Below, piece after piece: positions 18,045 to 27,318 of a DNA stretch of 64,000 nt; position 1 is the first letter of the stretch; every line of letters begins with the position of its first letter. The notes beneath the pieces are model-generated. The model was not told the origin of the DNA, ran no database searches, and saw only the letters and a list, made by a program, of their open reading frames with translations. Location of the stretch: positions 5,704 through 69,703 of the forward strand of contig JACPIE010000028.1 in assembly GCA_016188245.1 (NCBI GenBank), given 5' to 3'. The stretch comes from Candidatus Woesearchaeota archaeon. GTDB lineage: Archaea > Nanobdellota > Nanobdellia > Woesearchaeales > GW2011-AR4. The position numbers were made by a program, and so were the translations under genes.

Positions 18045-18764
18045 CTAAAACAGCTTAAACCCTTTGCTTTCTGTGGTTCCGATTATCCCGCCGTCAACTA
18101 TCTTGAAGATAAATTCCTTTTCCGGCTGGATTGACCTGTGCTTCTTCAGTATAAGCCTTCGGTTGTTGTTTGGGGTTATCTGCAGCTCTATGAGGCATTT
18201 GCTTCCATATCTAAGAATGTCCCCCCCTACAATATTGACTTTGTCTTTGTTGTCAAAATCAGAGTAGACCTGGTTTGTCACAAGGATAGGAATTTCCTTT
18301 TTCCTTGCTATCTCTGTAAGGTATGCTATCTGCTTTCCAAGCTCCCTGTTAACCTCATGGATGTCCTCATTTTTGCCAAGCTCGAGCCTGTAAAGCATTG
18401 CTATCGTGTCAACAATTATCAGGCCTATCTTGTCATTCACTATGTCTTTTAATTTCTCAAACGATTTTTTTTGCTCGGCAAAGCTTGCGGGCTTCAGGAA
18501 AATGATATTGTCAAGCAGTTTCTTGTAATCCTGATTGATATGGGAAGAGATTTGCTTCAGCCTTTCAAAGGAAAAACCGCCTTCGCTGTCAACATAAACC
18601 ACTTTTTTGCCTTTCATTGCAACATTTATTGCGCAAAGCAGGCAAAGAACCGTCTTGCCGGAGCCTGCAGGGCCGTATACAGTTGTTATTACATCCTTTT
18701 CATAGCCTCCGTTCAGCATTTCATCAAGTATTTTGCTTCCTGTCGGCAGCCTGTTATCTTCCAT
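18045..18764 (-). CDS. radB: RadA paralog RadB (KaiC/RecA-like ATPase)
   Basis: LPTGSKILDEMLNGGYEKDVITTVYGPAGSGKT (Walker A) and LIIVDTI (Walker B), at RadB size. Start set to the internal ATG at 18762-18764. Confidence 0.75.
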   Translation of the reverse strand: MEDNRLPTGSKILDEMLNGGYEKDVITTVYGPAGSGKTVLCLLCAINVAMKGKKVVYVDSEGGFSFERLKQISSHINQDYKKLLDNIIFLKPASFAEQKKSFEKLKDIVNDKIGLIIVDTIAMLYRLELGKNEDIHEVNRELGKQIAYLTEIARKKEIPILVTNQVYSDFDNKDKVNIVGGDILRYGSKCLIELQITPNNNRRLILKKHRSIQPEKEFIFKIVDGGIIGTTESKGFKLF

Positions 18765-18852
18765 GGCAATAAGCGCTTTGAAGCTTTTTATAAAATTTGT
18801 TATTATCCCAATACCCAAAAAATTTTAAATAAAGGCAGCATATCCAGCTTAC

Positions 18853-20109
18853 ATGCCTGCATCAATCTATGTTAAGGCTGTATTATGGACAGCTTATCTT
18901 ATCTCTCTGTATTTTGCAGTATTCTGGTTTCTTGTGCTTATCGACAGGGAAACCAAGCAAAAGACAAAAAAGCTGAAAAGCCACCCTTTAGTAAGCATTG
19001 CAATTCCGGCATATAATGAAGAAAAGAACATAGCAAAAACTTTAGCGTCGCTAACAGAACTGAAGTATCCAAAAAACAAGCTGGAGATAATTGTTGTCAA
19101 TGACGGCAGCACTGACGGAACAAAAGAGGCCGTCACTAAGCTCATCTCAGAAAACAGGCAATTTGATATAAAACTAATCAACAAAAAGAATCAAGGAAAA
19201 GGCGCTGCCCTGAATCATGCCCTAAAAACTGCCAGGGGCGAGTTTTTTGTCTGCCTGGATGCAGACTCAATCGTGACAAAAGGCGCTCTGCTGAAGATAC
19301 TGCCTCATTTTACAAGCGGCAACATAGCTGTAGTGCTTCCGCTGCTTAAAGTTGAAAAGCCGAAAAATATCTGGCAGAAAATGCAGTGGCTCGAGTACAT
19401 TGTCAATATGTTTTACAAGAAGCTCATGGGCAAGCTTAACTGCGTTCATGTCTCTCCGGGCCCATTCAGCGTTTACAGAAAGAGCATATTAAAAAATATC
19501 GGGGGATTTGACGAGAACAACTTAACAGAGGATTTGGAAATAACTTTGAGGCTGCAAAGCAAAAATTACATAATAGTCCAGCTGCTTGATGCGGAAGTCT
19601 TTACTTTGGCGCCAAAAACATTCAAAGAGCTGTACAAGCAAAGAAACAGGTGGTATAAGGGCTCTGTTATCAATGCATTCAGGTACAAGCACATGATGTT
19701 CAACAAGCAATACGGGGATTTTGGCATGATCCAGATGCCGACAATAATAATTTCCGGGCTAATAGCGATGATACTGGTTTCATCTGCCATGTATTACGGA
19801 TTGAAGCCGTATTTTAAAATAATGCACAACTCAATTTTTATCGACTTTGATTTTTATACATTGGCAAAGGCATTCAAGTTCGATTTCAGCTTTATGGATT
19901 TAAATTATATGGCAATTTTAGTTGCAGCCATAATGCTTGCAATATCCGTTCTTGTCTTGAAAAAATCACATACAGCAACAAATGAGAACCCAAACAAGCA
20001 TGGACTGTTCTCTCTGGTTTCATATACTTTCTTCTATTTTTTAGTCATAGGATTTATATGGGTAGGGATAACTTTGGATTTAATGTTTGGAAAAAAGCAG
20101 AAGTGGTAA
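18853..20109 (+). CDS. Membrane-embedded family 2 glycosyltransferase (processive type)
   Basis: VSIAIPAYNEEKNI, VVNDGSTDGT, LDADS and QRNRWYKG (QxxRW), plus N- and C-terminal TM segments. Confidence 0.75.
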   Translation: MPASIYVKAVLWTAYLISLYFAVFWFLVLIDRETKQKTKKLKSHPLVSIAIPAYNEEKNIAKTLASLTELKYPKNKLEIIVVNDGSTDGTKEAVTKLISENRQFDIKLINKKNQGKGAALNHALKTARGEFFVCLDADSIVTKGALLKILPHFTSGNIAVVLPLLKVEKPKNIWQKMQWLEYIVNMFYKKLMGKLNCVHVSPGPFSVYRKSILKNIGGFDENNLTEDLEITLRLQSKNYIIVQLLDAEVFTLAPKTFKELYKQRNRWYKGSVINAFRYKHMMFNKQYGDFGMIQMPTIIISGLIAMILVSSAMYYGLKPYFKIMHNSIFIDFDFYTLAKAFKFDFSFMDLNYMAILVAAIMLAISVLVLKKSHTATNENPNKHGLFSLVSYTFFYFLVIGFIWVGITLDLMFGKKQKW

Positions 20110-20110
20110 T

Positions 20111-20797
20111 ATGAGAATCTTAAGCAAAGACAAATATGTAATTGCAGGAGTTATAACTCTTGGAATATTCCTGCTTGGGCTTTTCTTGGGGCTAGCCATA
20201 GAGGGAAAAAGGGTAAACTACATAGAATCAGTCAGCAGGAGGCAAAACCTTGATTTCGGCAGCCTTCAGCTCCAGTATGCGTTCATAGACCAGCTCAGCC
20301 AGGACAATAACTGCCTGGCTGTGCAGAAAACCTTTGAGCACAACATCAACAATCTTGAATCAACGAGAATAAGGCTTGAAAATTTCAACAGGGATGCAAC
20401 ATTAAACAAAAATGAGCTGGACATATTGAAGAACGAGTATATTCTTGCCCAAATAAGGTACTGGCTTCTTGCGGAAAGAACGAAAGAAGTTTGCGGCTCT
20501 GACATAGTGAACATCCTTTATTTTTTTTCAGATGAGGAAGAATGCCCAGACTGCGAGAAGCAGGCATTTGTACTGACTTACCTCAAGAAAAAATTCAAGG
20601 ATAAGCTGCTTATATTCTCATTTGACTCAAAATTCAAGGACGAGCCAATGATAGGCCTGCTTAAAAACACATATGCTGTTGACAAGTACCCTTCATTAGT
20701 CATTGAAGGGAATCCCTCAAGCGGATTCAAGGACAAAAATGCGCTTCTGGAGCAGATATGCCCCAGTTATAAGGAAAAAACTGAAGATTGCGCCTGA
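20111..20797 (+). CDS. Membrane-anchored protein with a thioredoxin-like CxxC segment
   Basis: N-terminal TM helix; LYFFSDEEECPDCEKQAFVLTYLKK resembles a thioredoxin-fold CxxC site. ATG at 20111 lies directly after the GT2 stop. Confidence 0.35.
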   Translation: MRILSKDKYVIAGVITLGIFLLGLFLGLAIEGKRVNYIESVSRRQNLDFGSLQLQYAFIDQLSQDNNCLAVQKTFEHNINNLESTRIRLENFNRDATLNKNELDILKNEYILAQIRYWLLAERTKEVCGSDIVNILYFFSDEEECPDCEKQAFVLTYLKKKFKDKLLIFSFDSKFKDEPMIGLLKNTYAVDKYPSLVIEGNPSSGFKDKNALLEQICPSYKEKTEDCA

Positions 20798-20799
20798 AA

Positions 20800-22152
20800 A
20801 TGATAGGTGTTCTCAGGAAAAACAAAATATACTTAATAGTTTTTTTGTACCTTGCACTGAAGCTTCTTACGCTATTCAGCTATAATTCCACATGGTGGGA
20901 TTCTGCCGTTTACATCGGAATGGGGAAGTACTTATATTCACTGGGCAATTCTGGATTATGGGAGCCTTCAAGGCCTTTGGTTTGGCCCATTATTCTGGGC
21001 ATTTTTTGGAAAACAGGGCTGGCAACTTCAGCAGCAAGGATACTGGAGATTGCCTCTGGCAGCTTAGCAATCTTTCTTGCATACCTCATAGGGAAAAAGA
21101 TATTTGATGAAAAAACTGCACTGATTTCATCATTTTTTCTTGCGATATCCCCAACATACTTTTTCTATAATGGAGTCATGCTTACCGAGACGATATCGAC
21201 AGCATTCTCTTTGGCTGCAATCTACCTTTTGATTAAGCAGAAGCATCTTGCTTCCGGGCTGCTTTTTGGGATTGCATTTATGACGAGATTTTTGCAGATA
21301 TTCGCATTTATCGGAATTATTTTAGCGTTAATTTATCCTAAAAGAAACATAAAAACCCTGCAAAAAATATTTTTCGGATTAATTATCGCGGTTATTCCTT
21401 ACCTGATCTTTAACCTAGTATTGTACGGCAACGCATTTTTCCCGTTTTTTGACCAGATACTCCTTACAAACAACAGCGGCTGGCAAAATCACCATACGGC
21501 AAGCTATTATTTTACAGAATTGTTCAGGGAAAACTATCTTTATCTTATGTTCATAGTTGGAATAACACTGACATTTAAAAAATCAAACAGCAGGCTGGTT
21601 TTATTTCCCTTCATGACCCTATTCCTGTTTTTTAACATAATCAAACAGAAAGAGATGAGATTTTTGATAATGCTGCTGCCATACATGTACCTGCTTATGG
21701 CATATCCTATTTCCAATTTTATGAAATCCAGAAAAATAAAACCGGTTGCAATGGCACTTATGCTCATCATGTTTGTTTCTTCTATAACCCAAATATCGGC
21801 AGCCATTGCTTCAGAATCAGGAAAAACAAACCAATATGGGTTGCTTCAGAATAAGCTCGAGCAGGCAAAAGGCAGCATATGGATTTCAAGCCCGGTGATG
21901 GCTGCCAACAGCGACAAGAGAATTGAAAAACTAGTCTATTACCCCTATTTCAGCCAAAATTTTGATGAATTGACCAAAGGATCTAAAAGTGCTGACTTTA
22001 TCTTTGTTGACACTTGCGACCTGGCATGCGGGCCTCTTGATGCAAAGTGCGAGAATAACAGGAAAGAGCTGATACGGCATTTCCAGCAGGAATTTAAGAC
22101 TGATTATTCTTCAAAAACAGGCAGTTGCGAGCAGTTTGCTTTCCAGAAATGA
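20800..22152 (+). CDS. Polytopic GT-C type glycosyltransferase (ArnT/PMT family 39-like)
   Basis: About 12 hydrophobic segments. The first loop WWDSAVYIGMG resembles the DE/DS acidic motif of GT-C enzymes. Track start is TTG; ATG is at 20800. Confidence 0.5.
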   Translation: MIGVLRKNKIYLIVFLYLALKLLTLFSYNSTWWDSAVYIGMGKYLYSLGNSGLWEPSRPLVWPIILGIFWKTGLATSAARILEIASGSLAIFLAYLIGKKIFDEKTALISSFFLAISPTYFFYNGVMLTETISTAFSLAAIYLLIKQKHLASGLLFGIAFMTRFLQIFAFIGIILALIYPKRNIKTLQKIFFGLIIAVIPYLIFNLVLYGNAFFPFFDQILLTNNSGWQNHHTASYYFTELFRENYLYLMFIVGITLTFKKSNSRLVLFPFMTLFLFFNIIKQKEMRFLIMLLPYMYLLMAYPISNFMKSRKIKPVAMALMLIMFVSSITQISAAIASESGKTNQYGLLQNKLEQAKGSIWISSPVMAANSDKRIEKLVYYPYFSQNFDELTKGSKSADFIFVDTCDLACGPLDAKCENNRKELIRHFQQEFKTDYSSKTGSCEQFAFQK

Positions 22153-22183
22153 TGAGATTGTTTATGATTAAGCATTTGCCGCC

Positions 22184-23017
22184 CTATACAACTTTAAAAT
22201 CCGCACATATCCTGTAAAATCCAGGCGCATACTGCCCGCACTTTACAATGTTCAAAATCCTGCATTTTTTCTTTGCTTTCCCGCACGCTCTTTTGATTTT
22301 TTCTTCAGCGGCATTAAGCTCATTCTCATGCAGGAAGATGTAAAAATGAATATTCCCGCCTTTTTTTATGTGCTTCAAAGCCAATCCCAGAAAAGCTTCC
22401 CCTCCTTTCGGCAGCGGCATCAGGATCCTATCAAATTTTTTATTTAGCTTCGGCATAACTTTTCTGGCATCGCCTAAAAACAGCTTTACTTTATTTTCAA
22501 GCTTGTTTTTCTTGATATTTTCCAAAGCGTATCTATGGGCAACTGGATTCATTTCAATCCCGTAAACTTCCCTGCATTCCGAATTTTTGGCAATTACCAG
22601 CGGATAGGCCCCGGAGCCTGAAAACATGACTAAAACAGACTCATTTGGAATGATTAAATCTTCAATCCTTTTCCTTTCATTCGACATTCTCGGGGAAAAA
22701 TATACTTTTTCAACATCAAGCTTTACAAGAACATTGTTTTCCTTGCATACTGTTTCTTTTTTCTTTTCACCTGCAATAACCTTAAGCTTAGGCGTCCTGA
22801 ACTTTCCCGAGTATTTTTTCGTTTTTTTTAGTACAGTCTTTATGTGGCCGTAATTTTCAAGAATCGTCTGCCCGATTAATCTTTCTTTTTTAGAAAGCTC
22901 TTTCGGAAAATCAGAAAAAATCATGATGTCTCCGACTACATCAAAAGAGGAAGGCACCAATTCAAGCTCTTTTTTTGGCAATTTATCTTTTAGGTAAAAT
23001 TTTAGGTTTTGTTTCAT
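22184..23017 (-). CDS. trm5: tRNA (guanine37-N1)-methyltransferase Trm5 (Met-10+ family)
   Basis: FDVVGDIMIF, VLVMFSGSGAYPLVIAK, YGIEMNPVAHRYALENIKKNKL and DRILMPLPKG. Track start is GTG; ATG is at 23015-23017. Confidence 0.8.
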   Translation of the reverse strand: MKQNLKFYLKDKLPKKELELVPSSFDVVGDIMIFSDFPKELSKKERLIGQTILENYGHIKTVLKKTKKYSGKFRTPKLKVIAGEKKKETVCKENNVLVKLDVEKVYFSPRMSNERKRIEDLIIPNESVLVMFSGSGAYPLVIAKNSECREVYGIEMNPVAHRYALENIKKNKLENKVKLFLGDARKVMPKLNKKFDRILMPLPKGGEAFLGLALKHIKKGGNIHFYIFLHENELNAAEEKIKRACGKAKKKCRILNIVKCGQYAPGFYRICADFKVV

Positions 23018-23019
23018 AG

Positions 23020-24057
23020 TCACCCAAAAAACTCCCCCAGCCCTTTCTGCCTTTTTTTCTCTTTTGCCTTAGCCAATCCTTCAATCTGGTTCCTGACCCT
23101 TTCTTCAGAGAAATCATGCTTGTCAACAAGCAGCTTCATTATCTTTTCTTCGTCAATATTTTTCCATTCAAGATGGAAGTTCTCATCAGCAGGCATATTC
23201 CTTATCAGTTCAAATACTTCTTTCCATTCAAACTCAAAAAAATCACTCCATTTGGCATCCTCAAACAATTTTTCAAAATTTGTCCCGTGCTCCCTGACTA
23301 GCTTCAATGCGGTTTTCGGCCCAACACCCTTTATCCCTCCGCCGTTGTAATCAGTCCCGATAAGCATTGCCAACGCCACCAATTGGTCATGGCTGATGCC
23401 CATATGATCAAGATTTTCTTTTAAATCTATCATGTCAGGGCTTATAATCTCAAAACTCAGCTTGTCTTTTCTTTTCTTTTTGCCGGCAATGTTCAGGTTT
23501 CTCACAATCCTTGGGGCTCCAAAAAGCAAAGCATCTGCATCATTTGTAGCCAGTGCAAATGCGTTTCCAGTCTTAACAATAAGGGATGCCTGAGCTTCTG
23601 CTTCAGAAGGCGCTTCAATGACCGGCAAGCCAAAAGCCTCAACAAGCCTTTTTGCCTCGCCAATCATCTCCTCTGTCAGCCTTGAAGTTCTCGATGCATA
23701 CTTTTTCATAAGATCTTCATCAGCCTTTTCCTTTGCCTGCTCAAACTTTTTTTGCGCTTCAATCTTCACTTCCTTTCTTTTTTCAAGCGTCAAATGCTTC
23801 AATTTTGGAGGTTTGCCGTCAAACACAAAAGCGAGATTTATATCGCTTTGGAGCAGGCTTGAAACCCTCGAAAGCAGCCCAATCAGATGGGATGTCACAT
23901 TGCCCTTTGAATCCGTGAGCAAAGTTCCGTCCCTCTGCCTTATGGAACTTAAGAACTGGTAGAGCCACATGGGAGAGTCAACAGCCAAAACTTTATTTTT
24001 AAGCAGCCCTATGTCAATCTGCTTAATTAGCAATAGTTCTGTTAAGGCAACTCCCAT
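23020..24057 (-). CDS. fen: Flap endonuclease 1
   Basis: MGV..L..LL N-terminus, AVDSPMWLYQFLSSIRQRDGTLLTDSKGNVTSHL, and the H3TH region GIKGVGPKTALKLV. C-terminal PIP box QKGLGEFF. Confidence 0.9.
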   Translation of the reverse strand: MGVALTELLLIKQIDIGLLKNKVLAVDSPMWLYQFLSSIRQRDGTLLTDSKGNVTSHLIGLLSRVSSLLQSDINLAFVFDGKPPKLKHLTLEKRKEVKIEAQKKFEQAKEKADEDLMKKYASRTSRLTEEMIGEAKRLVEAFGLPVIEAPSEAEAQASLIVKTGNAFALATNDADALLFGAPRIVRNLNIAGKKKRKDKLSFEIISPDMIDLKENLDHMGISHDQLVALAMLIGTDYNGGGIKGVGPKTALKLVREHGTNFEKLFEDAKWSDFFEFEWKEVFELIRNMPADENFHLEWKNIDEEKIMKLLVDKHDFSEERVRNQIEGLAKAKEKKRQKGLGEFFG

Positions 24058-24058
24058 T

Positions 24059-24973
24059 TTATATCTTCTTGAATGTTAAATTTAATTCTTTTCCCATCAT
24101 CCCTTGCGCCTTTTCTGATAAATCTCCTCCAGAAATAAAAAGGACCGGCAATCTTTTCATCTGCCCCTTTACATATGCGCTGCTAAGGTCAGAATCGCTT
24201 ATCCTTTTCTTGCTCTTTGCCCTGCAGTAATACTGCAGATTGCCAACAACGCTTGGAATCTCAAGAATGAACTCAATTTCAGAGTTTTTTTTTATTATCT
24301 CGCTTGTTATTATACTTATTTTATTTTTTTCAAAAAATTTATTTATTTCTTTGAGGAACTGGTCTTCATTGTCTTTGGAATGGTGTTTTCTTTTTTCCTT
24401 TGGCTGTTTTGAAATTGTTTGGGGATTATCTTCTTTCTGTACCCCTTCTTTTTGCCTTAAATCCAATTGCCTCTCTTCAATCTTTTTTTCTACCGGCTTT
24501 TCTTCTATTTTATTCTCAAAAGGCTTTTCCGGAATATTCAGTTTTGACTTTATCAGCTTTTCAGCATCTTCATTGCTTTCCAAGTACCACTTCCAGAAAA
24601 TTTCCTTGCTGTCGTCATGCGTGACATTCAAAGGCACTGCAAAATCTTTGATTTCCCTCAATGCAACCCTGATGACCGGCTCAAGCTCTGAATCCCTCAA
24701 TGCCCTGCCTTGCTGCAGCATATCATAAGCCTTTTTTTCCTTGTCATTCATGCCTGATACAAATTTTTGCAGCATTGATTCTTGCCCTTGAAGGTAGTAG
24801 AGCGGAGAGTTCCCAACCTTTATTGCTGAAACCTTCAGCTTGTTTGTTGCAGTCAATTCCGCAAGATGCGCAGAAGCCATAAGAATGTCGCTTCCTATCT
24901 CCTTTGCAATCTGCACAGGCAGCACAGGGCCTTTTAGTTTTATAAATTCAAGGATTTTGTCTCTGTGGTCCAT
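24059..24973 (-). CDS. Hypothetical protein: N-terminal winged-helix, K/E-rich repeat linker, C-terminal Mrr-like PD-(D/E)xK-type domain
   Basis: N-terminus ILEFIKLKGPVLPVQIAKEIG is wHTH-like. C-terminus IEFILEI..YYCRAKSKKRISDSDLSSAYVKGQMKRLPVLFISGGDLSEKA resembles the Mrr_cat core. Confidence 0.35.
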   Translation of the reverse strand: MDHRDKILEFIKLKGPVLPVQIAKEIGSDILMASAHLAELTATNKLKVSAIKVGNSPLYYLQGQESMLQKFVSGMNDKEKKAYDMLQQGRALRDSELEPVIRVALREIKDFAVPLNVTHDDSKEIFWKWYLESNEDAEKLIKSKLNIPEKPFENKIEEKPVEKKIEERQLDLRQKEGVQKEDNPQTISKQPKEKRKHHSKDNEDQFLKEINKFFEKNKISIITSEIIKKNSEIEFILEIPSVVGNLQYYCRAKSKKRISDSDLSSAYVKGQMKRLPVLFISGGDLSEKAQGMMGKELNLTFKKI

Positions 24974-25016
24974 AATCCAGAATAAGGAAGGTTTGTTTTT
25001 ATATTTTGTTGTTGGA

Positions 25017-25616
25017 CTATGGCCTTAACCACTTAATCTCATAATAGGTCACATCATTTTCTGCATCAACTATCCCTATCAGCAGCCTTTTTTTTGTAGA
25101 ATGCGCAACACGATTCTTTGCCGCAAATTCATACCACGTCAATACAGACCCTTCATGCACCGGAAAAACAACCCACCTTGCATGGTCTTCTCCTGGCTTC
25201 ACTCCCCTGTCATAAATCCTAAAGTCTGCTCCGAACTTCAATGCCGTCTTTATTATATATCCCCTGTTCCTTATGTCTTTATAGACACAATACCTTACCC
25301 AGAAATTCGGCTCAAATTTTTGCGCTTTTTTCAGGAATTTCTCGAAGCCAACCGGCTTATTCCTCTGGTCATAGGCTATCAGCCTTTTTTTTTCAAGCAG
25401 ATAAACTGACTCTATCAGGGAAAGCTGAACTCTGCCGTCATCCAATAATTCACCATACCTGCTTTGGTTATAGAACTCTCTAGCGTTGTCCGAGCTTTCT
25501 GTTAGCACCCTTTCATTTGAAAGGTATGCATTGACAGGCTCCTTGATTATCTTCTCTTCTTTGGCTTCTTTTTTGGGAAGCACTTCTTCGGCGTCTTCTT
25601 TTTTCTTTGATGTCAT
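25017..25616 (-). CDS. endA: tRNA-splicing endonuclease (single short subunit, about 199 aa)
   Basis: Catalytic C-terminal domain ALKFGADFRIYDRG..HARWVV..HSTKKRLLIGIVD, with a K/E-rich N-terminal extension. Confidence 0.8.
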   Translation of the reverse strand: MTSKKKEDAEEVLPKKEAKEEKIIKEPVNAYLSNERVLTESSDNAREFYNQSRYGELLDDGRVQLSLIESVYLLEKKRLIAYDQRNKPVGFEKFLKKAQKFEPNFWVRYCVYKDIRNRGYIIKTALKFGADFRIYDRGVKPGEDHARWVVFPVHEGSVLTWYEFAAKNRVAHSTKKRLLIGIVDAENDVTYYEIKWLRP

Positions 25617-25715
25617 AAAATAGAGAATAATGGTATATTATCTCATTTAAAAACTTATTTCTTTTCAATATCGAAAACAAAAACCATTAAATATCCTGAT
25701 TCAATACTTGGCTTC

Positions 25716-26606
25716 ATGCAAATAACATTCCTTGGAACTTCTTCAATGGTTCCGACAAAAGAGAGAAACCAGATGGCTGTTTTTCTTAGCTATGGCTCTG
25801 AAGGAATCTTGTTTGACTGCGGGGAAGGCACCCAAAGGCAGCTCAAGATAGCGGGCATAAGCCTGACAAAGGCAACAAAAATCTTAATAAGCCACTGGCA
25901 CGGCGACCATGTTCTCGGATTGCCTGGCTTGATTCAGACATTGAGCTCAATGGATTACAGCGGAAAGCTGGAAATTTATGGCCCAACAGGAACAAAAAAA
26001 AGAATGGAAATGATGTTCGAGGCGTTCATCTTCGACAAGAGGCTGGACTTTATCGTCAAAGAAGTGAAAAGCGGGATTTTTTTTGAAAATAATGATTTTC
26101 AGCTGGAAGCACATGGGCTGGAGCACGGAATTGAGACGCTAGGCTATAGGTTTGTTGAAAAAGACAAACGAAAAATAGACATGAAAAAAGTAAGGAAGCT
26201 GGGCATTCCGCCTGGGCCACTGCTCGGCAAACTTCAGGACGGAAAAAGCATAGAATTCAACGGAAAAAAGATTGATGCAGATGAAGCTACTTACACTGAA
26301 GCCGGCAAAAAAATCGCATATATAACTGACACGCTGCATTGCGACAATTGCTATAAAATAGCCCAAGATGCAGATTTGCTCATGTGCGAGGCAACTTACT
26401 CCTCCAAGCTTGAAAGCAAAGGAGAAGAATACGGGCACATGACTGCAAAGCAGGCAGGACAGATTGCAAACAAGTCGAATGCAAAGCAGCTTGTCTTAAT
26501 TCATTTCAGCGCAAGATACAAAAACACCCAGGAATTAGAGGAGGATGCAAGGGACATTTTTGACAATGTGATATGCGCAAAGGATTTCATGAAAATTGAT
26601 TTATAA
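25716..26606 (+). CDS. rnz: Ribonuclease Z (tRNA 3' endonuclease)
   Basis: MQITFLGTSS..PTKERN, ILISHWHGDHVLGLPGLIQT (HxHxDH) and a C-terminal LIHFS motif. Confidence 0.85.
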   Translation: MQITFLGTSSMVPTKERNQMAVFLSYGSEGILFDCGEGTQRQLKIAGISLTKATKILISHWHGDHVLGLPGLIQTLSSMDYSGKLEIYGPTGTKKRMEMMFEAFIFDKRLDFIVKEVKSGIFFENNDFQLEAHGLEHGIETLGYRFVEKDKRKIDMKKVRKLGIPPGPLLGKLQDGKSIEFNGKKIDADEATYTEAGKKIAYITDTLHCDNCYKIAQDADLLMCEATYSSKLESKGEEYGHMTAKQAGQIANKSNAKQLVLIHFSARYKNTQELEEDARDIFDNVICAKDFMKIDL

Positions 26607-26620
26607 AAAAGAGCGGAATA

Positions 26621-27013
26621 ATGTCATCCAAATCCAAAGGAAGCAATGCTGAAAGGGAGTTGCTGCATAAATTTTGGAGCACTGGAAAATGGTGTGCAAT
26701 CAGATCAGCCGGCAGCGGCTCTATGAAATACCCGGGTCCTGACTTGTTAGCTGGCAACTTGGCAAGAAGAATGTCTATCGAATGCAAATCGTCAAAAAGC
26801 AATAAAATCTACTTAACTAACGAGGATATCGCCCAGTTAAATCAATTCTCAAAAGTATTTGATGCAAGGCCGTGGTTCGCAGTCAAGTTTTTCAGGAAAG
26901 ACTGGCTATTTGTAAGCATAGAGGATCTGGAAAAAACACCTAAAGGATACGCCATCGGTTTAAAAGAAGCAGAGCTTAAAGGGCTGTCTTTCGAAGAATT
27001 GATATCATATTAA
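26621..27013 (+). CDS. hjc: Holliday junction resolvase Hjc
   Basis: KGSNAERELLHKFWSTGKWCAIRSAGSG, PDLLAGN and IECKSSK form the Hjc PD-(D/E)xK signature. Confidence 0.8.
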   Translation: MSSKSKGSNAERELLHKFWSTGKWCAIRSAGSGSMKYPGPDLLAGNLARRMSIECKSSKSNKIYLTNEDIAQLNQFSKVFDARPWFAVKFFRKDWLFVSIEDLEKTPKGYAIGLKEAELKGLSFEELISY

Positions 27014-27016
27014 AAA

Positions 27017-27208
27017 CTAATGCCTCTTCTTCATGGCCCTTTCAATCTTTATCTCTTCCCTGACGATTTTGTCTACAACCCTTTCAATGTGCATCTCTAT
27101 CCTGGCAATTCTTCTTTCCATCAGGACCAGAATCCTCAAAGAATAAACAATAGCAGCCAAAGTTCCTATTATAACTGCAAGAGTTATCTCCTGAACGCCA
27201 AAAACCAT
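27017..27208 (-). CDS. Small single-TM protein with charged helical tail
   Basis: 63-aa ORF with ATG start: one hydrophobic helix, then an R/E/K-rich helix. Confidence 0.3.
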   Translation of the reverse strand: MVFGVQEITLAVIIGTLAAIVYSLRILVLMERRIARIEMHIERVVDKIVREEIKIERAMKKRH

Positions 27209-27318
27209 CTAATCACCTCTATTTTGCATTAATCCCATTTTATTCGCTTATTTAAATAGTTTTCGCAAATTGAGAATTTGCGAGAACTCCCGAAAACTTT
27301 GTTTTCGAAAAATTTGGA

